A DNA stretch of 52,961 nucleotides, from the IMG/VR virus record IMGVR_UViG_3300021246_000107, positions 1-52,961 of that record; one strand, given 5' to 3'. Shown here one piece after another: positions 18,600 through 29,260 of the stretch (positions are counted from its first letter, which is position 1; each line of letters starts with the position of its first letter). A program made the translations under genes and the position numbers. Source of the stretch: a virus. Taxonomy: Duplodnaviria > Caudoviricetes. A model generated the notes under the pieces. That model was not told the origin of the DNA and made no database searches. It saw only the letters and a list, made by a program, of their open reading frames with translations.

Positions 18600-20078
18600 T
18601 TACAGGCGGAATTGAGCCAGCAGCGCAAAGATGCGCAATTGGTCGATAAGGGTGCCAGGCCAGAGCACATCAACCCGATTTGGGTTGGTGGAGTTTTTCT
18701 CGACGATTAGGGCCTGGGCGAAAGCCTCGGAGTCCTGAACAAAGCCGTTGTATTCGAGTGTGCCGTACCGGGCGATCACGTCACCCCGGATGATGTTTGG
18801 CGTGACGATGGCTGAGCCAGGCGCAAAGCGGGTCCCGTTGGCGGCCAGTTTGACCCTGGCATACTTGGACGTGACCAGCGACCGTAGGTCGCGCAGAACG
18901 TACATCAACAGGAACAGGGTTTCGACCTGCAGGTAACTGTCATCCGGAGCGCCGAACCCATTGACCTGATAGGTAGTGATCAGGTTCTCGATCGCCACGG
19001 TACCGTCGCTGGCAACGGTGAACGTCGAGATGCCATCCCACAGCAGCGTGTTGCGCTCTCCCAGGTCGAATCGGGATGCAGGTGGCGGCGCCAAGACGGT
19101 ACTCAATGCCAGAGTCTGCAAAGGGCGCCCCGGATCAGCACGCAGTGCAACGGCGGCGGTGCCCGCCAGGTCCGCAGCCCAGATCCAGGCCGGCGAAGGC
19201 GAGTCGTAGAAGCCCATGATGCTTTCGTGCTGGTTGTTGCGAGCATTGCCGGCGGTGGCCAGCGTTGACAACGTGCCGCGCTGCGCTGAGAAGACATGCC
19301 CGTAAATCTGACTGGCGTAACTCCATCGTCCGGTCTGGTCGTTGAGCAGGTTCTTCAGCGAATTCAGTGAGGCAGTGTCGGTGTAAGGGCTGACGATGAT
19401 GTCGAAGGACTCATCGCCCAGATTCGACAGCGCCGTGTCCAGCACCGGGTTTGTCGCACCCGCGGACATTTGAGTCAGGGTAAGCGCCAGCCCGTCCGGT
19501 ACGGCCTCGCCACCGGCGGTGCCGAGGTAGTTCAGGCGCAAGTCAATCTCGTTGCCACCGGTACCCTTGTTCTTCGCGGTGAGCGTCACCGTAGTGGTCG
19601 CCGCGGTGGCCGTTACAGGCAGGTTGCTGGAACCGTTTACCAGTGCAGCCAGGGCAGTGGCGATATCGGACGCAGCGTCACCCGTTGTGACTGTCAAGCT
19701 GGTGAGTTGACCGGCGATGTAGAGCGAGATCACACCAGTGGCCGTCGGGCTGCCAACGATGTCCACCGTGCCCGCGGCCCCCACGGAGCCCTCAGCGTCT
19801 GCCAACGGCAAAAACCAGACCTCGCCGAAGCTGTCCGAGCCCTTGTAAGCAGCAGTCATCAGCGCCAGCATCGAACCCAAACCACCTTTCGCCTGGGCAT
19901 CGCTGATGCCTTGGCCCAGCACGGGAATGCCGGGCACGCCGTTCCCCGAGTCAGTGATCTGGCCGACAATCAGCGTGCGCTGAGTCTGCGCACCACTATT
20001 GGCCTGAGAGTTGTCGACCTCGGCATAAAACAACGGAACCCGCAGGTTCGTCGGGATGTTGCTAAATGGGACGGGCAT
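18600..20078 (-). CDS. Tail sheath protein (Mu gpL-like)
   Basis: FSNIPTNLRVPLFYAEVDNS, DPGRPLQTL and NRVDVL motifs. Confidence 0.95.
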   Translation of the reverse strand: MPVPFSNIPTNLRVPLFYAEVDNSQANSGAQTQRTLIVGQITDSGNGVPGIPVLGQGISDAQAKGGLGSMLALMTAAYKGSDSFGEVWFLPLADAEGSVGAAGTVDIVGSPTATGVISLYIAGQLTSLTVTTGDAASDIATALAALVNGSSNLPVTATAATTTVTLTAKNKGTGGNEIDLRLNYLGTAGGEAVPDGLALTLTQMSAGATNPVLDTALSNLGDESFDIIVSPYTDTASLNSLKNLLNDQTGRWSYASQIYGHVFSAQRGTLSTLATAGNARNNQHESIMGFYDSPSPAWIWAADLAGTAAVALRADPGRPLQTLALSTVLAPPPASRFDLGERNTLLWDGISTFTVASDGTVAIENLITTYQVNGFGAPDDSYLQVETLFLLMYVLRDLRSLVTSKYARVKLAANGTRFAPGSAIVTPNIIRGDVIARYGTLEYNGFVQDSEAFAQALIVEKNSTNPNRVDVLWPGTLIDQLRIFALLAQFRL

Positions 20079-20311
20079 TAACTGTCACTCCCTTTGGGTG
20101 GTTCAGTGGTTTCAGGCTTATCGCCTTTAACGGCTGGGGGCTTTATTTCCACTGCCGGCACCGGTTTAGGTGGCGTGAGCGTCACGTCATAGCAGCTCAG
20201 ACGCCGAAGCCAGTAGAGGTCGTTGTCTGCGACCTCTCGACCTTCTTCCGGAAGAGCGTCACGTTTGACCGGGTCACGAACCAACAACCCGGGAAATGGA
20301 TAAATGCGCAT
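20078..20311 (-). CDS. DUF2635-like protein (Mu gp38)
   Basis: VRDP...LPEEGREV...YWLRRL..DV. Confidence 0.85.
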   Translation of the reverse strand: MRIYPFPGLLVRDPVKRDALPEEGREVADNDLYWLRRLSCYDVTLTPPKPVPAVEIKPPAVKGDKPETTEPPKGSDS

Positions 20312-20313
20312 GG

Positions 20314-21003
20314 TTACTCCTGCGGAAATTCGAACGAAAGGCCGCCCTCTGCCCGACCGTCAGGGCCAACAGTGCGCGGAGCCGGTGTAACGGCGCCAGG
20401 GAACGGCGGATCGGGATAGGAACCTGTGGGGTCGACGATGTTGATCAGGTCGCCAGTGACGTTGAACTCGGTCAGCGGCCCGATAGGCTGAACACCGGAG
20501 GTCGCCACTGGATCAAACGGAGGTTCATCTGTAGCACCTTCCAGCGGATAAAAATCCTCGGGGCCCTGGTAGAACTCCATGCCAATATCCATGACCAACT
20601 CGCCGATGTTTTGCTCGCCCTCGCCGTCCTCACGCATATGGGAACGAATGAAGGGGAACTGCTGCAGCCTGCTCATCAGCGGAGGGAAGTTGATCACCGC
20701 CATTTCAATCTGACGCTTCATATCCTCCAGCGCCAAGATCATTGCAGCGGCCGAGGCATTCTCGGGGAGTGCCTTGACCTGCAGTCGAGCGCTGATCCGG
20801 ATTGTCGCCGTTACGGTGAATTGCGGCCCACCTTGACGACCCAGAGAGTCCTTGTCCTCCTCCGGCGCGTGCAACCAGATAATGGGGTAGCTGCCGTTCC
20901 ATGTTGGCCAGGTCCTGGCTGCAAAAACATTGTTACCGGCGGATGTCCCCGTTTTGAGGGCCTCTGCCGTGATCTGCCGTAGTTCGGAGGTGGTCGTCAT
21001 CAC
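20314..21003 (-). CDS. Putative tail completion/terminator protein
   Basis: Position before the sheath gene. Confidence 0.65.
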   Translation of the reverse strand: MMTTTSELRQITAEALKTGTSAGNNVFAARTWPTWNGSYPIIWLHAPEEDKDSLGRQGGPQFTVTATIRISARLQVKALPENASAAAMILALEDMKRQIEMAVINFPPLMSRLQQFPFIRSHMREDGEGEQNIGELVMDIGMEFYQGPEDFYPLEGATDEPPFDPVATSGVQPIGPLTEFNVTGDLINIVDPTGSYPDPPFPGAVTPAPRTVGPDGRAEGGLSFEFPQE

Positions 21004-21350
21004 ATTTCACTCAGCATGAGCTTGGCCCACCCGTGGCTATCAGGACGAACATCCGTCACCACAAAGCGCTTGCCCACGCTTGGGATGTACACCTGATCAT
21101 TTTGAGTCGGGGGAGGCTTACTAAGAGCATCAAAAAGAGCGAGCCGAACACCCAGGACAGGCTTAGCCGAGTTGGCCCCGGTCAGCGGGTCAGAGAAATC
21201 AACGTCGCGATACGCCGCATCAAAAACACCATCGATGGGATATTTCGCGCCAAAGACCGGATAAAACATCGGCTGCTTATCCGGGCTTTTTCCTTCGCCG
21301 AACACTTTCTCAACCGGTGCCAGCACAGCACGATCCCAATCGACGGCCAT
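21000..21350 (-). CDS. Head-tail joining protein (FII-like)
   Basis: IDGVFD...VRPDSHGWAKLML; position after the capsid gene. Confidence 0.75.
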   Translation of the reverse strand: MAVDWDRAVLAPVEKVFGEGKSPDKQPMFYPVFGAKYPIDGVFDAAYRDVDFSDPLTGANSAKPVLGVRLALFDALSKPPPTQNDQVYIPSVGKRFVVTDVRPDSHGWAKLMLSEM

Positions 21351-21352
21351 GC

Positions 21353-22396
21353 TTATTTCAACTTCGCAGACATCAGAACTTCAGGGCGAGTGCAGATGTG
21401 CAGCGGGTAACTGTACGCCTCGACCTTCCACCACATTTTGCGTTGAGTATCGAAGATCGGCAGGATGTAGACCGGCTTGCCAGGGGTATTCACCCACTCA
21501 AAGGTCTCGCCTGGCGCGTAGGCAACCTCGAAGATACCTGGGGCACCTTTGGGGAAGAACTTCGCCTCGTTCGGCTTGACGCTGATGGTGGTTGCGTCAT
21601 CGGAGCCGCGATAGTTGAACCAGTTGATCCCGCCGAAGCGCATCGCCTGAAACGCATTGCCCTGACGCAGCTCTTCCGCCGCAGCCCAGTTGTAGTAGGT
21701 CCGGGTCACGTCAGGGTGGTTGGTCAATTGATCCCAGAAATCATCACCGACCAGTGCATAAACTTCCGTGGTCGGCAGAAACGCGCCCTGGGATTTGCGG
21801 GCCATAGTGCGCACGATGTTGTTGCACATCGGGCGGATGGAGTTCGGCTTGGTTGCCGAGCCATCGGCATTGAGAGTCAGGTCAAAGACGATGTCCTTCG
21901 GCTTATCGATGCCGAATTCCTGAAACCAATCGAATTTCACTTCGCCGTCTGCGTCCAGGCATAAGCCCTGAATCGCCGCCAAGCGCTGGAACTCCCAGGT
22001 GTATTCAATGTTGCTGGTCAAACCGGTAGGGCCGTTGACCCGACGCGCGACCTCGGTCTCGATTTGCATCAGCTCCGTTTCACTGCCGAACGTACGGATG
22101 TTCTGGATTTCTTGAGCAGTGATGGTGTCGGAGTGCATCAGCCGCGGCACATCGAAATAACGTGCTTGGCGCTTTTCAGTGGTGCGCTGAGTGCCCTCTT
22201 CGCCGCGATCCGAGAACGGGATCAGAACAAGCTTGCCCTGGCGCTGCTCAACAGCAAGAGCCGTAGTACGGATCGGGTTTGGCTCGAAAATTTCAAGATC
22301 GCCGATCCCGGTCGGCTTGAACGGGTATTTCTCGACAGCGGTGGTCAGGGCGATTTCGGAAAAAATGTCCTGATGAAACACGTCCAATGAGGCCAT
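21353..22396 (-). CDS. Major capsid protein (lambda E family)
   Basis: 347 aa; SYPLHICTRPEVL C-terminus. Confidence 0.92.
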   Translation of the reverse strand: MASLDVFHQDIFSEIALTTAVEKYPFKPTGIGDLEIFEPNPIRTTALAVEQRQGKLVLIPFSDRGEEGTQRTTEKRQARYFDVPRLMHSDTITAQEIQNIRTFGSETELMQIETEVARRVNGPTGLTSNIEYTWEFQRLAAIQGLCLDADGEVKFDWFQEFGIDKPKDIVFDLTLNADGSATKPNSIRPMCNNIVRTMARKSQGAFLPTTEVYALVGDDFWDQLTNHPDVTRTYYNWAAAEELRQGNAFQAMRFGGINWFNYRGSDDATTISVKPNEAKFFPKGAPGIFEVAYAPGETFEWVNTPGKPVYILPIFDTQRKMWWKVEAYSYPLHICTRPEVLMSAKLK

Positions 22397-22462
22397 GAAG
22401 GCAACTCCTAAAAACGAAAAAGCCCGCAGAAGCGGGCTTAGAAAAATGAGAAGGCAAACAGA

Positions 22463-23158
22463 TCAGCGCGGAACAACGCCCTGGCTTTTCAGCGCCGCAA
22501 TAGCCGCATCCTGCTGAGCAGCACTCAATGAGGGGTCCCACACCAGCTCCGAGCCATTTACCTCGGCATTACGGACAACCGCCGCTGCGGTTGCCGGGCC
22601 GTTGGTGGTGTCGGTCACGCGGTAAAGCAGCCCGTACGCAGCCACATCAGCCGATGCGCTGTTGAGCGGAGTCCAGCCACCACCGGTCTCAGCTACGACA
22701 ATATTGAAACTATCGCCGCTGACAAAAGCCGCCGAACCGGCGGCAACCAGGAAGCCAATACCCTGGGAGTTGAATACCGCCCCAACGACACCGGGACTAT
22801 CAGCCACGCCCTCCGCGCTGAGGTCAATCGTCCCGCCCTGAGCTGGGACAGGTTCACCATTGGGGTTCACGACCAAGAACTCAGTTTCCGAGGTCAAGGT
22901 GACGATGTAAGTGCCTGTGAGCGCCGGCGCCTGGGCAACCACGCCGGACATCGTGCCGTTACCGGTATTACCCGCTGTGGCCGTCCCCGTCGCGATGTAC
23001 GCCGAGGCGACATCAGCCAAGACGGTGCCCGCCTCGACCCGGCCAAAACCTTGATTGATCAGCACCTGATCAATCGATTGATGTCCGTTTGCGAGGGAAA
23101 CGATGAAGCCGCCCGCGTGCCGCTGTTCAACCAGCGGCGTCTGTGGAACATAAGACAT
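22463..23158 (-). CDS. Head decoration protein with internal extra domain
   Basis: EAGTVL N-terminal part and VRNAEVNGSELVW...LKSQGVVPR C-terminal part flank a Gly/Thr-rich insert. Confidence 0.78.
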   Translation of the reverse strand: MSYVPQTPLVEQRHAGGFIVSLANGHQSIDQVLINQGFGRVEAGTVLADVASAYIATGTATAGNTGNGTMSGVVAQAPALTGTYIVTLTSETEFLVVNPNGEPVPAQGGTIDLSAEGVADSPGVVGAVFNSQGIGFLVAAGSAAFVSGDSFNIVVAETGGGWTPLNSASADVAAYGLLYRVTDTTNGPATAAAVVRNAEVNGSELVWDPSLSAAQQDAAIAALKSQGVVPR

Positions 23159-23194
23159 GGAATATCTCCTGAAAATAAGTACGGACGGGACCGA

Positions 23195-23875
23195 TCAGCG
23201 ACCGCGAACCTTGGACATGGCACGGTCCCAGCGACTTTCGATGTGTGCCTGACGCGACGGCGACTGTTCACCGCCCGAACCCAGTGCAGGATTCTTTGCC
23301 GATCGGGAATGGTTGGCAGTGCTTTCAGCCGGCGCATCACGCAGGGCAGCCAGCACCTGCTTGCGGGTCATGTTGGAACCGAACGCCAGGTTGGCCGCGA
23401 GCACTGGGTTGCGTGCGGCATAACGGGAACCGAAGATGGCGGCGCAGCGCGCACGCTCGCGGCGACGAGCACTGGCAGCAGCGCTTTTGCCGTGCATTTC
23501 ATCTTCGTCATCATCGTCTTCGGCATCCGCATCATCGTCGTCAGCAGCCGCTTTGCCTTGGGCGCGTCGAGACGATTTTTTGTCATCTTCGTCTTCAGCA
23601 TCGCCGTCATCAGCTCGGTCCTTCTCGTCAGATTCGTCGCCATCATCGCCAGTGTCTTCGCCGGCTTTAGCCTTCTTGGCTTTGCGTGATTTCTTGCTGT
23701 CGCCGGTATCACGATCCTGCTCGTCGCCGTCGTCCGGCTCGTCGTCATCTGCTCGAGCGTCCTTGCGCTCATCTTCATCGTCGTCAGCACGAGCCTTTTT
23801 GCCACGCATTGATCCAATACCGGCCAAATGGGCGAACGAAAGCGCGCTCGCCACGCTGCGGGAAAGCTTGGACAT
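23195..23875 (-). CDS. Putative scaffold protein
   Basis: Acidic low-complexity region; RERARCAAI motif; follows the S49 protease. Confidence 0.7.
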   Translation of the reverse strand: MSKLSRSVASALSFAHLAGIGSMRGKKARADDDEDERKDARADDDEPDDGDEQDRDTGDSKKSRKAKKAKAGEDTGDDGDESDEKDRADDGDAEDEDDKKSSRRAQGKAAADDDDADAEDDDDEDEMHGKSAAASARRRERARCAAIFGSRYAARNPVLAANLAFGSNMTRKQVLAALRDAPAESTANHSRSAKNPALGSGGEQSPSRQAHIESRWDRAMSKVRGR

Positions 23876-23905
23876 GTGAACCTCGGTTTTAAAGGAGTTG
23901 AAACG

Positions 23906-24769
23906 TCAACCCAGCTCGGCGAGCAGGGAACGGAATGCCTCGTCCGGGGCCATGACGGCATCGGCGAAGCCAATCTCGACGCCAGCGGCGCCTAGAAAAG
24001 TGGTGGCCTGGGTGCTGCGTACAGCCTTGGCTGACATCCCCCGATTGCGGGCCACGGTGTTAACGAACAGTTCGCCCATGGCATCGACATCGGACTGATA
24101 ACGCGACAACGCCGCATCGGACAGTGGCTTCGAATCCGCCCCGTCAGCCTTGCGATCACCGTAGTGGATCAGCGTCACATTCACGCCGGCGGCACCGAGG
24201 GCTTTCGACATATCAACGTGCATGCAGATGACGCCGACGCTGCCTGTACCCCCGGTACGAGGTACAACGATGTAGTCGCAAGCGCTCGCAAGTGCGTAGG
24301 CCGCTGAGTAGGCACTTTCGGTCAAAATTGCCCAGACTGGCTTTTTCCCTCGAGCCTTAAAGATCGAGTCAGCCAAGTCAAAGCAACCAGCCACCTCACC
24401 ACCTGGACTGTCAATATCCAGGACGATGGCTTTAACTTTCCTGTCGTCGAGGGCCATGCTGAGGCAGGCGCGCAGGCCGTCATAGCCGGTCATGCCGCTA
24501 TAGGGATGCAAGGTGCCAAGCTTCTGCACCAGGGTGCCGGTCACAGGGATGATCGCCACCCCCTGCACCACTTCATAGGCGCGGTCTTCCGCCGGCTCGC
24601 CGATATCGCCATCCCAGTCATCCAGCGCCACCACCCGGCCGTCGGCATGAAACAGTCGAGCGAGGCCGAAACGGTCTGCCAACGCGGCCATCACAATTTC
24701 GGCCTTCTGCGGGGTGATCGCCAGCGGTACATTGAAGAGCTTCTGGGCGAGGTGTGGGTAATTGGTCAT
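23906..24769 (-). CDS. Head maturation protease, S49 family
   Basis: DIDSPGGEV, AYSAAYALAS and GSVGV motifs. Confidence 0.93.
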   Translation of the reverse strand: MTNYPHLAQKLFNVPLAITPQKAEIVMAALADRFGLARLFHADGRVVALDDWDGDIGEPAEDRAYEVVQGVAIIPVTGTLVQKLGTLHPYSGMTGYDGLRACLSMALDDRKVKAIVLDIDSPGGEVAGCFDLADSIFKARGKKPVWAILTESAYSAAYALASACDYIVVPRTGGTGSVGVICMHVDMSKALGAAGVNVTLIHYGDRKADGADSKPLSDAALSRYQSDVDAMGELFVNTVARNRGMSAKAVRSTQATTFLGAAGVEIGFADAVMAPDEAFRSLLAELG

Positions 24770-26424
24770 TGTGCTGTTGGCTCTTCTTCAGGTGTCGAGG
24801 CGTTTGTAGCGTTGTCACCGAACCAGTTCGGCGGGGGCAGACCGGCCTCCTTGAACGCTTTCGCTTCGGCAGCGCGCTGCTGGATGACCTCCTCATAATC
24901 AAGGCCTTGTTCTGCGCATTCACGCTTGAGCGTGGACAAACCGGCATCCATGCCGAGGATCGCGCCCTGCTTCTCTTTGACCGGATCGACCCAACCCCGC
25001 GCGACACCCAGCCAATCGCATCGGGAATAAGCCGTTCGGGCCTCGGCGAAGTCAGGGGCACCATTGGGCAACGGCAGTTCGTTGCGATCCATCGCCTCCT
25101 GCAGCCAGCATGCGTAGGCCGGCGTAGCCGTTCCGGTTTTGAACTCGTGGTTTCGGCGCGTAAGTGTTTTCCAGCTTTCGAGCAGAGCAGCCCGCGCGCT
25201 GGAATAGTTGGTTTTCGACCAGTCCTGCGTAATCTGCTCGGCGGAAATGCCCGACGCCGCCGCGAACGTACGCGACATCTCCGCGGCGAATTCACCAAAG
25301 CCGTTATGCGGGTGAGCAGCGCCCACCGAGGTAATCGACTCACCCGGCGCCAAAGTCGGAATCCGAGCGCCTGACAACATCGCCGGGCGCTGCTCATGCC
25401 AGTCGGCTCGCATTCCCTGATAAGCAGAAAGATCATCACCACCGTCCAGCGCTTCAGCCACTTGCGCCGGATCGTAAGGGCTCGTGACGTAGGTGCCGAA
25501 TGTCGCAGCGATTGTCGCGGCCTGCAGCTCAACACCGTAATACCGCGCCAGCATCTTGAAGCGCGCCAGCACAGGGGTGAAAACACCTACACCTCGGTTT
25601 TGCCCTGCGCGGTCATGTTCGAAATCGTGGATAACGCGGCGCCAGCCATCCTCGTCTTCCCGCTCGACCCGCTCCCAATCCATGCTCTCTACAGAGTTGT
25701 ACCAATCGTTTTGGTGAGCCTTGCGGATGTGATAGGCCAGCGGCACGCCGTGATCATCGATCTCGACGCCACCACGCATGTACTTGCTGTCAACCATCTG
25801 AAGAGGGTTAGAAAGCCGATCCGGATCGACGACCATGAACGCAGTGGCATAGGTTGCCCGGCCATAGCCAACCCGCTCCGGCATCCAGTAGCTGACAATC
25901 AGCGAGTCACCATCAATGAGCTTATGGCGAAGCGCCAGGCGAAGCTGCTGTGAAACGGTCAACTGCCGAGACACATCGTTGTAACGGCCGATATCGTCAG
26001 CGTAACCCCGCCAAAGCGCTTCGGCAGCCCGGCGGTATTCTTCTGCCCAAACCGCGTCAAACTTGCGGTTGCCAGTCATGGCAGCCAGGGCGCGATAGTC
26101 TGGGTTGGCCGACAGGCGCATCGACGCGCCCACGGTGTTATCCAGGATGCGCGTGATGCCACCGGCGGCCAGACCATCGTTGCGTACCAGGTCGCGATGG
26201 CGCGCCACCATCCGGTCGCGGAACTGGTTAATTTCCGCGTCAGGCGAGCGAATCCAGGGCAGCCAATCGCCCATTTCCTGCGTGGCCCAGTTCGAGGCCT
26301 CGTAGGGAAAAACCGACTGCCCCGTCATGCCCTCAGTACGAAGCGTGGCATTGCCTGTAGCCTTCGGCGGCGATGGCATCAGGGGTCGCCCGCGAGAGTC
26401 GACAATTAAAGATTCAGTCGTCAT
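24766..26424 (-). CDS. Portal protein, lambda family
   Basis: RDLVRND, NYSSARAALLE and GWVDPVKE motifs. Confidence 0.95.
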   Translation of the reverse strand: MTTESLIVDSRGRPLMPSPPKATGNATLRTEGMTGQSVFPYEASNWATQEMGDWLPWIRSPDAEINQFRDRMVARHRDLVRNDGLAAGGITRILDNTVGASMRLSANPDYRALAAMTGNRKFDAVWAEEYRRAAEALWRGYADDIGRYNDVSRQLTVSQQLRLALRHKLIDGDSLIVSYWMPERVGYGRATYATAFMVVDPDRLSNPLQMVDSKYMRGGVEIDDHGVPLAYHIRKAHQNDWYNSVESMDWERVEREDEDGWRRVIHDFEHDRAGQNRGVGVFTPVLARFKMLARYYGVELQAATIAATFGTYVTSPYDPAQVAEALDGGDDLSAYQGMRADWHEQRPAMLSGARIPTLAPGESITSVGAAHPHNGFGEFAAEMSRTFAAASGISAEQITQDWSKTNYSSARAALLESWKTLTRRNHEFKTGTATPAYACWLQEAMDRNELPLPNGAPDFAEARTAYSRCDWLGVARGWVDPVKEKQGAILGMDAGLSTLKRECAEQGLDYEEVIQQRAAEAKAFKEAGLPPPNWFGDNATNASTPEEEPTAQ

Positions 26425-26678
26425 CAGAACACCGGCCGGATAGCACGACGCCGGCGCATGCCCAGGGCATACAACAGCGCGTTGATGTGAGCCTGCAGCG
26501 CGCCGATATCGGCACGGGTGTAAGTCACCGATTTGGTGCCGTCGCCCTGGGTATAGCTGTACGACTCACCCTTGGCGCCAGTACTCAGCTCGTGAAGCGC
26601 TTGCTGCGATTCGGTCAGCCATTGCTGCAAGGTCGCCGGTGGGACGCCACTGAAGTTGTTGAGGCGCGGTGTAAACAC
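26424..26678 (-). CDS. Head-tail joining protein gpW
   Basis: GTG start; KSVTYTRADIGAL...RRRAIRPVF. Confidence 0.85.
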   Translation of the reverse strand: MFTPRLNNFSGVPPATLQQWLTESQQALHELSTGAKGESYSYTQGDGTKSVTYTRADIGALQAHINALLYALGMRRRRAIRPVF

Positions 26679-26687
26679 GGGACTCTC

Positions 26688-28676
26688 CTACGCCATTCGT
26701 GAAATCGACGATCGCTTTGGTTTAGGTTTCGCCTGGGAGGCGTTTTGTGCGGCAGCTGCGGGCACGAAGGCCATCTGCTCAGCCGTTGGCAGGTGCTCGA
26801 GTGCTAACGGAATGTGAACCCCCAAAGAGGCGGCCACTTCATCTGCTCGTTTGTTGAGCTTCAGGCCCATGTGCATCAGCCCGCATAGGGCCGCGTAGGC
26901 ATAAACCCGGCAGTCGAGAGCTTCGTTGGCACGCCCAGGAGGGAGCTCCCAGACTCTATAAATCTGCCCGCCAGACGTTTTACGAACCGAACGCTCCGAT
27001 GTGAGTTGTGCGAAATAGTTGATATCTCGCGCTGCCGGAAAGTGCATATAGCCTGGGCCTGGCTGGGTGAGATGCAGCCGCGATCGAACGGAATCCTTAG
27101 CCGCGTTGACGCCGATGATTACGGGACGGAACGACGATTTATTGCGCTTGCTTGGTATTTTCACCGGCCACACAGGAGAGCGTTTCCCGCCAACGGCAGA
27201 CTCACCCTTGATGGCCCAGACTCTCCGGCCCAATCGTGCCTTGGCGAAGTTGTAGACTTTCTGCGTGTGGTGGCCGCCGGAGTCATGACAGACCGCCATA
27301 GCTTCGAAACCCCGGCCATCACTGCGATACCAAATGCGCTGCAGATAAGCATCGAGCCGGTTCCAAGGCTCTGGCGTTTCCATGTCGCCCTCAATGATCT
27401 CGAAGTCGATGGACCAACTTTCCTCGTTCATCCCCCAGCCAACCACCTCGCACTCGAAGCGATCGCCCTGGGTATCGACGCCGACAGTAATCACCGCCAC
27501 GCCATCAGGAATCTCTGCGGGCCAAACCTCGCAGCGGGCCGCAAGGCGGTCCTCCTGCAGTGCACGTTCACCGCGATCCTCGTAAGTCTCACCGAGCACC
27601 AGATTGACGAATGTTTGCCGCATGAGCGGGTCGTCTTTGACCTCAAGCCACTCTGCGACAAGGTTCCGCCAACACGCATTGACGAACAGACTGTAGGCCG
27701 CCCAGATATGGAAGCCTGCGTGGCCCTTGAACGGCTTCGTAGCACGCCATTCGCCACGTCCCACCATGTCCTCTTTGTCGGCCTCGAAGATCACGCAACC
27801 GGTGACCTTGCAGACATAGAAAACGCTTTCGGGTATCCCGATGCCGTTTTCGTCCTTGTCCCACTTCATGCCGTAGGGTGTGTCGGGGCCACCCCATTCC
27901 AGCACCTGGTATTCACCGCAGTGTGGACAGGGGACGTAGTACTTGCGCTGGTCGCTGTTGGCGTAGCTTTTCTCGATTCGGCTTTCGCCTTTAACCGTGG
28001 GCGTGCTTCCCAGGATGATCTTACGGTTCCAAAACGACTCGGTACGCTTGATACCCAGCTTGATCTGATCGCCTTCTTTACCGGCGCCCATCACCGGATA
28101 GCCGTCGACCTCATCGAATATCACCACACGGGCAGTGATACGCCGAAAACCGCCAGGGCTATTCGCTCCCACAAAGGACATCGAGGAGCCGTTACGGAAC
28201 ACCCTTTTGGCGATTTTCTGTTTCGAGTCTTTTTTCTTCAGGTCACCCGCGATCTCCGCCAGAACCGGCGTGTCTCGCAGCATCGGCTCAATTTCGGTGA
28301 CGCTGTAGTCTTCAGCATCCTCAACCCGTGGCTGGACAACAAGAATCGGGGCCGGGTCTTGGTGAATGTAAAACCCGGCCGCGTGGTCCATGATCTTGGT
28401 ATAGCCGACCCGAGCCGACTTCTGCACCGAGACCATTTCGACGGTCGGATCAGTGATCGCATCCATGATCCCATTTTGATACGGGAAGGCGTGAAAACGG
28501 CCGGTCTGGGCGCTGGTCTCGGGTGAAAGCATCGCGTACCGGTCTGCCCACTGGCTGAGGCTTAACTTAGGCGGCGGCTGAATGTTCTTGCGTCGGGTAT
28601 TAAACAACCCGGTTTTCAGGGCCTCATAGCCCTCGGCATATCGGCGTTCATAAAGGGCTGATCCCATCTCCGTCAC
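26688..28676 (-). CDS. terL: Terminase large subunit (lambda GpA family)
   Basis: KSARVGYTK, FDEVDGY, GSTP, CPHCG and NEALDC motifs. Confidence 0.96.
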   Translation of the reverse strand: MTEMGSALYERRYAEGYEALKTGLFNTRRKNIQPPPKLSLSQWADRYAMLSPETSAQTGRFHAFPYQNGIMDAITDPTVEMVSVQKSARVGYTKIMDHAAGFYIHQDPAPILVVQPRVEDAEDYSVTEIEPMLRDTPVLAEIAGDLKKKDSKQKIAKRVFRNGSSMSFVGANSPGGFRRITARVVIFDEVDGYPVMGAGKEGDQIKLGIKRTESFWNRKIILGSTPTVKGESRIEKSYANSDQRKYYVPCPHCGEYQVLEWGGPDTPYGMKWDKDENGIGIPESVFYVCKVTGCVIFEADKEDMVGRGEWRATKPFKGHAGFHIWAAYSLFVNACWRNLVAEWLEVKDDPLMRQTFVNLVLGETYEDRGERALQEDRLAARCEVWPAEIPDGVAVITVGVDTQGDRFECEVVGWGMNEESWSIDFEIIEGDMETPEPWNRLDAYLQRIWYRSDGRGFEAMAVCHDSGGHHTQKVYNFAKARLGRRVWAIKGESAVGGKRSPVWPVKIPSKRNKSSFRPVIIGVNAAKDSVRSRLHLTQPGPGYMHFPAARDINYFAQLTSERSVRKTSGGQIYRVWELPPGRANEALDCRVYAYAALCGLMHMGLKLNKRADEVAASLGVHIPLALEHLPTAEQMAFVPAAAAQNASQAKPKPKRSSISRMA

Positions 28677-29250
28677 GGGTCAACTCCTCGAGCGCTTCAA
28701 CAATTATTCCGTGCAGAGCGTCTTGGATCTCCAGTACGGACTTCAGGCGATGGATACGGGGGGCGTGTTCTGACGGGATGGATAGCAAGCGAGTACGCAC
28801 CCTTGCGTACTCTTCACCCACGGCCCGGGTGACATCCTCGACAGCCACGACCAGCCGAGCCTCGCGGTCGTACTCAAGCTGCTCACGAAGGGCCAGGTAG
28901 TTTTCCTTTACCCGCTTCGCCTCGTCGACATTCATGTTCGCGCCAGTGGCGATCAGGATCCGGGCAGTAGCCTCTTCAACTGTCTCGCCGGGCTTAACTG
29001 TTACCCTCTTGGAGGCGTGGGTAACAGCAAATTTCTTTTCGTTTTTTTTGTTACCCCCCCCTGCTTGGGTAACAAGAATTGACTCTTGGGTAACAGCATC
29101 CAAACCGTCTCGGCGATACTTTGCGATCAGCTCATTCGACGCTTCAACATTTAGCTCACTGCCCGCAAACACAAGCCAGCCGCGCTCTTTCCACTTAGTG
29201 ACCGTCTTACGACTGACGCCGTGAAGTGCCGCGAACTCGCTCTGATTCAT
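28648..29250 (-). CDS. terS: Terminase small subunit (Nu1-like)
   Basis: N-terminal wHTH (EFAALHGVSRKTVTKWK); RTRLLSIP. Confidence 0.88.
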   Translation of the reverse strand: MNQSEFAALHGVSRKTVTKWKERGWLVFAGSELNVEASNELIAKYRRDGLDAVTQESILVTQAGGGNKKNEKKFAVTHASKRVTVKPGETVEEATARILIATGANMNVDEAKRVKENYLALREQLEYDREARLVVAVEDVTRAVGEEYARVRTRLLSIPSEHAPRIHRLKSVLEIQDALHGIIVEALEELTRDGDGISPL

Positions 29251-29260
29251 GGGGCCGCCT

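Noticed and set aside
23436-23879. Ser-rich ORF or simple repeat
   Set aside because: Antisense image of the Asp/Glu-rich scaffold gene.
27006-28526. 506-aa plus-strand ORF and other long antisense ORFs in the structural region
   Set aside because: Shadow frames of GC-rich terL, portal and tail genes; no motifs.
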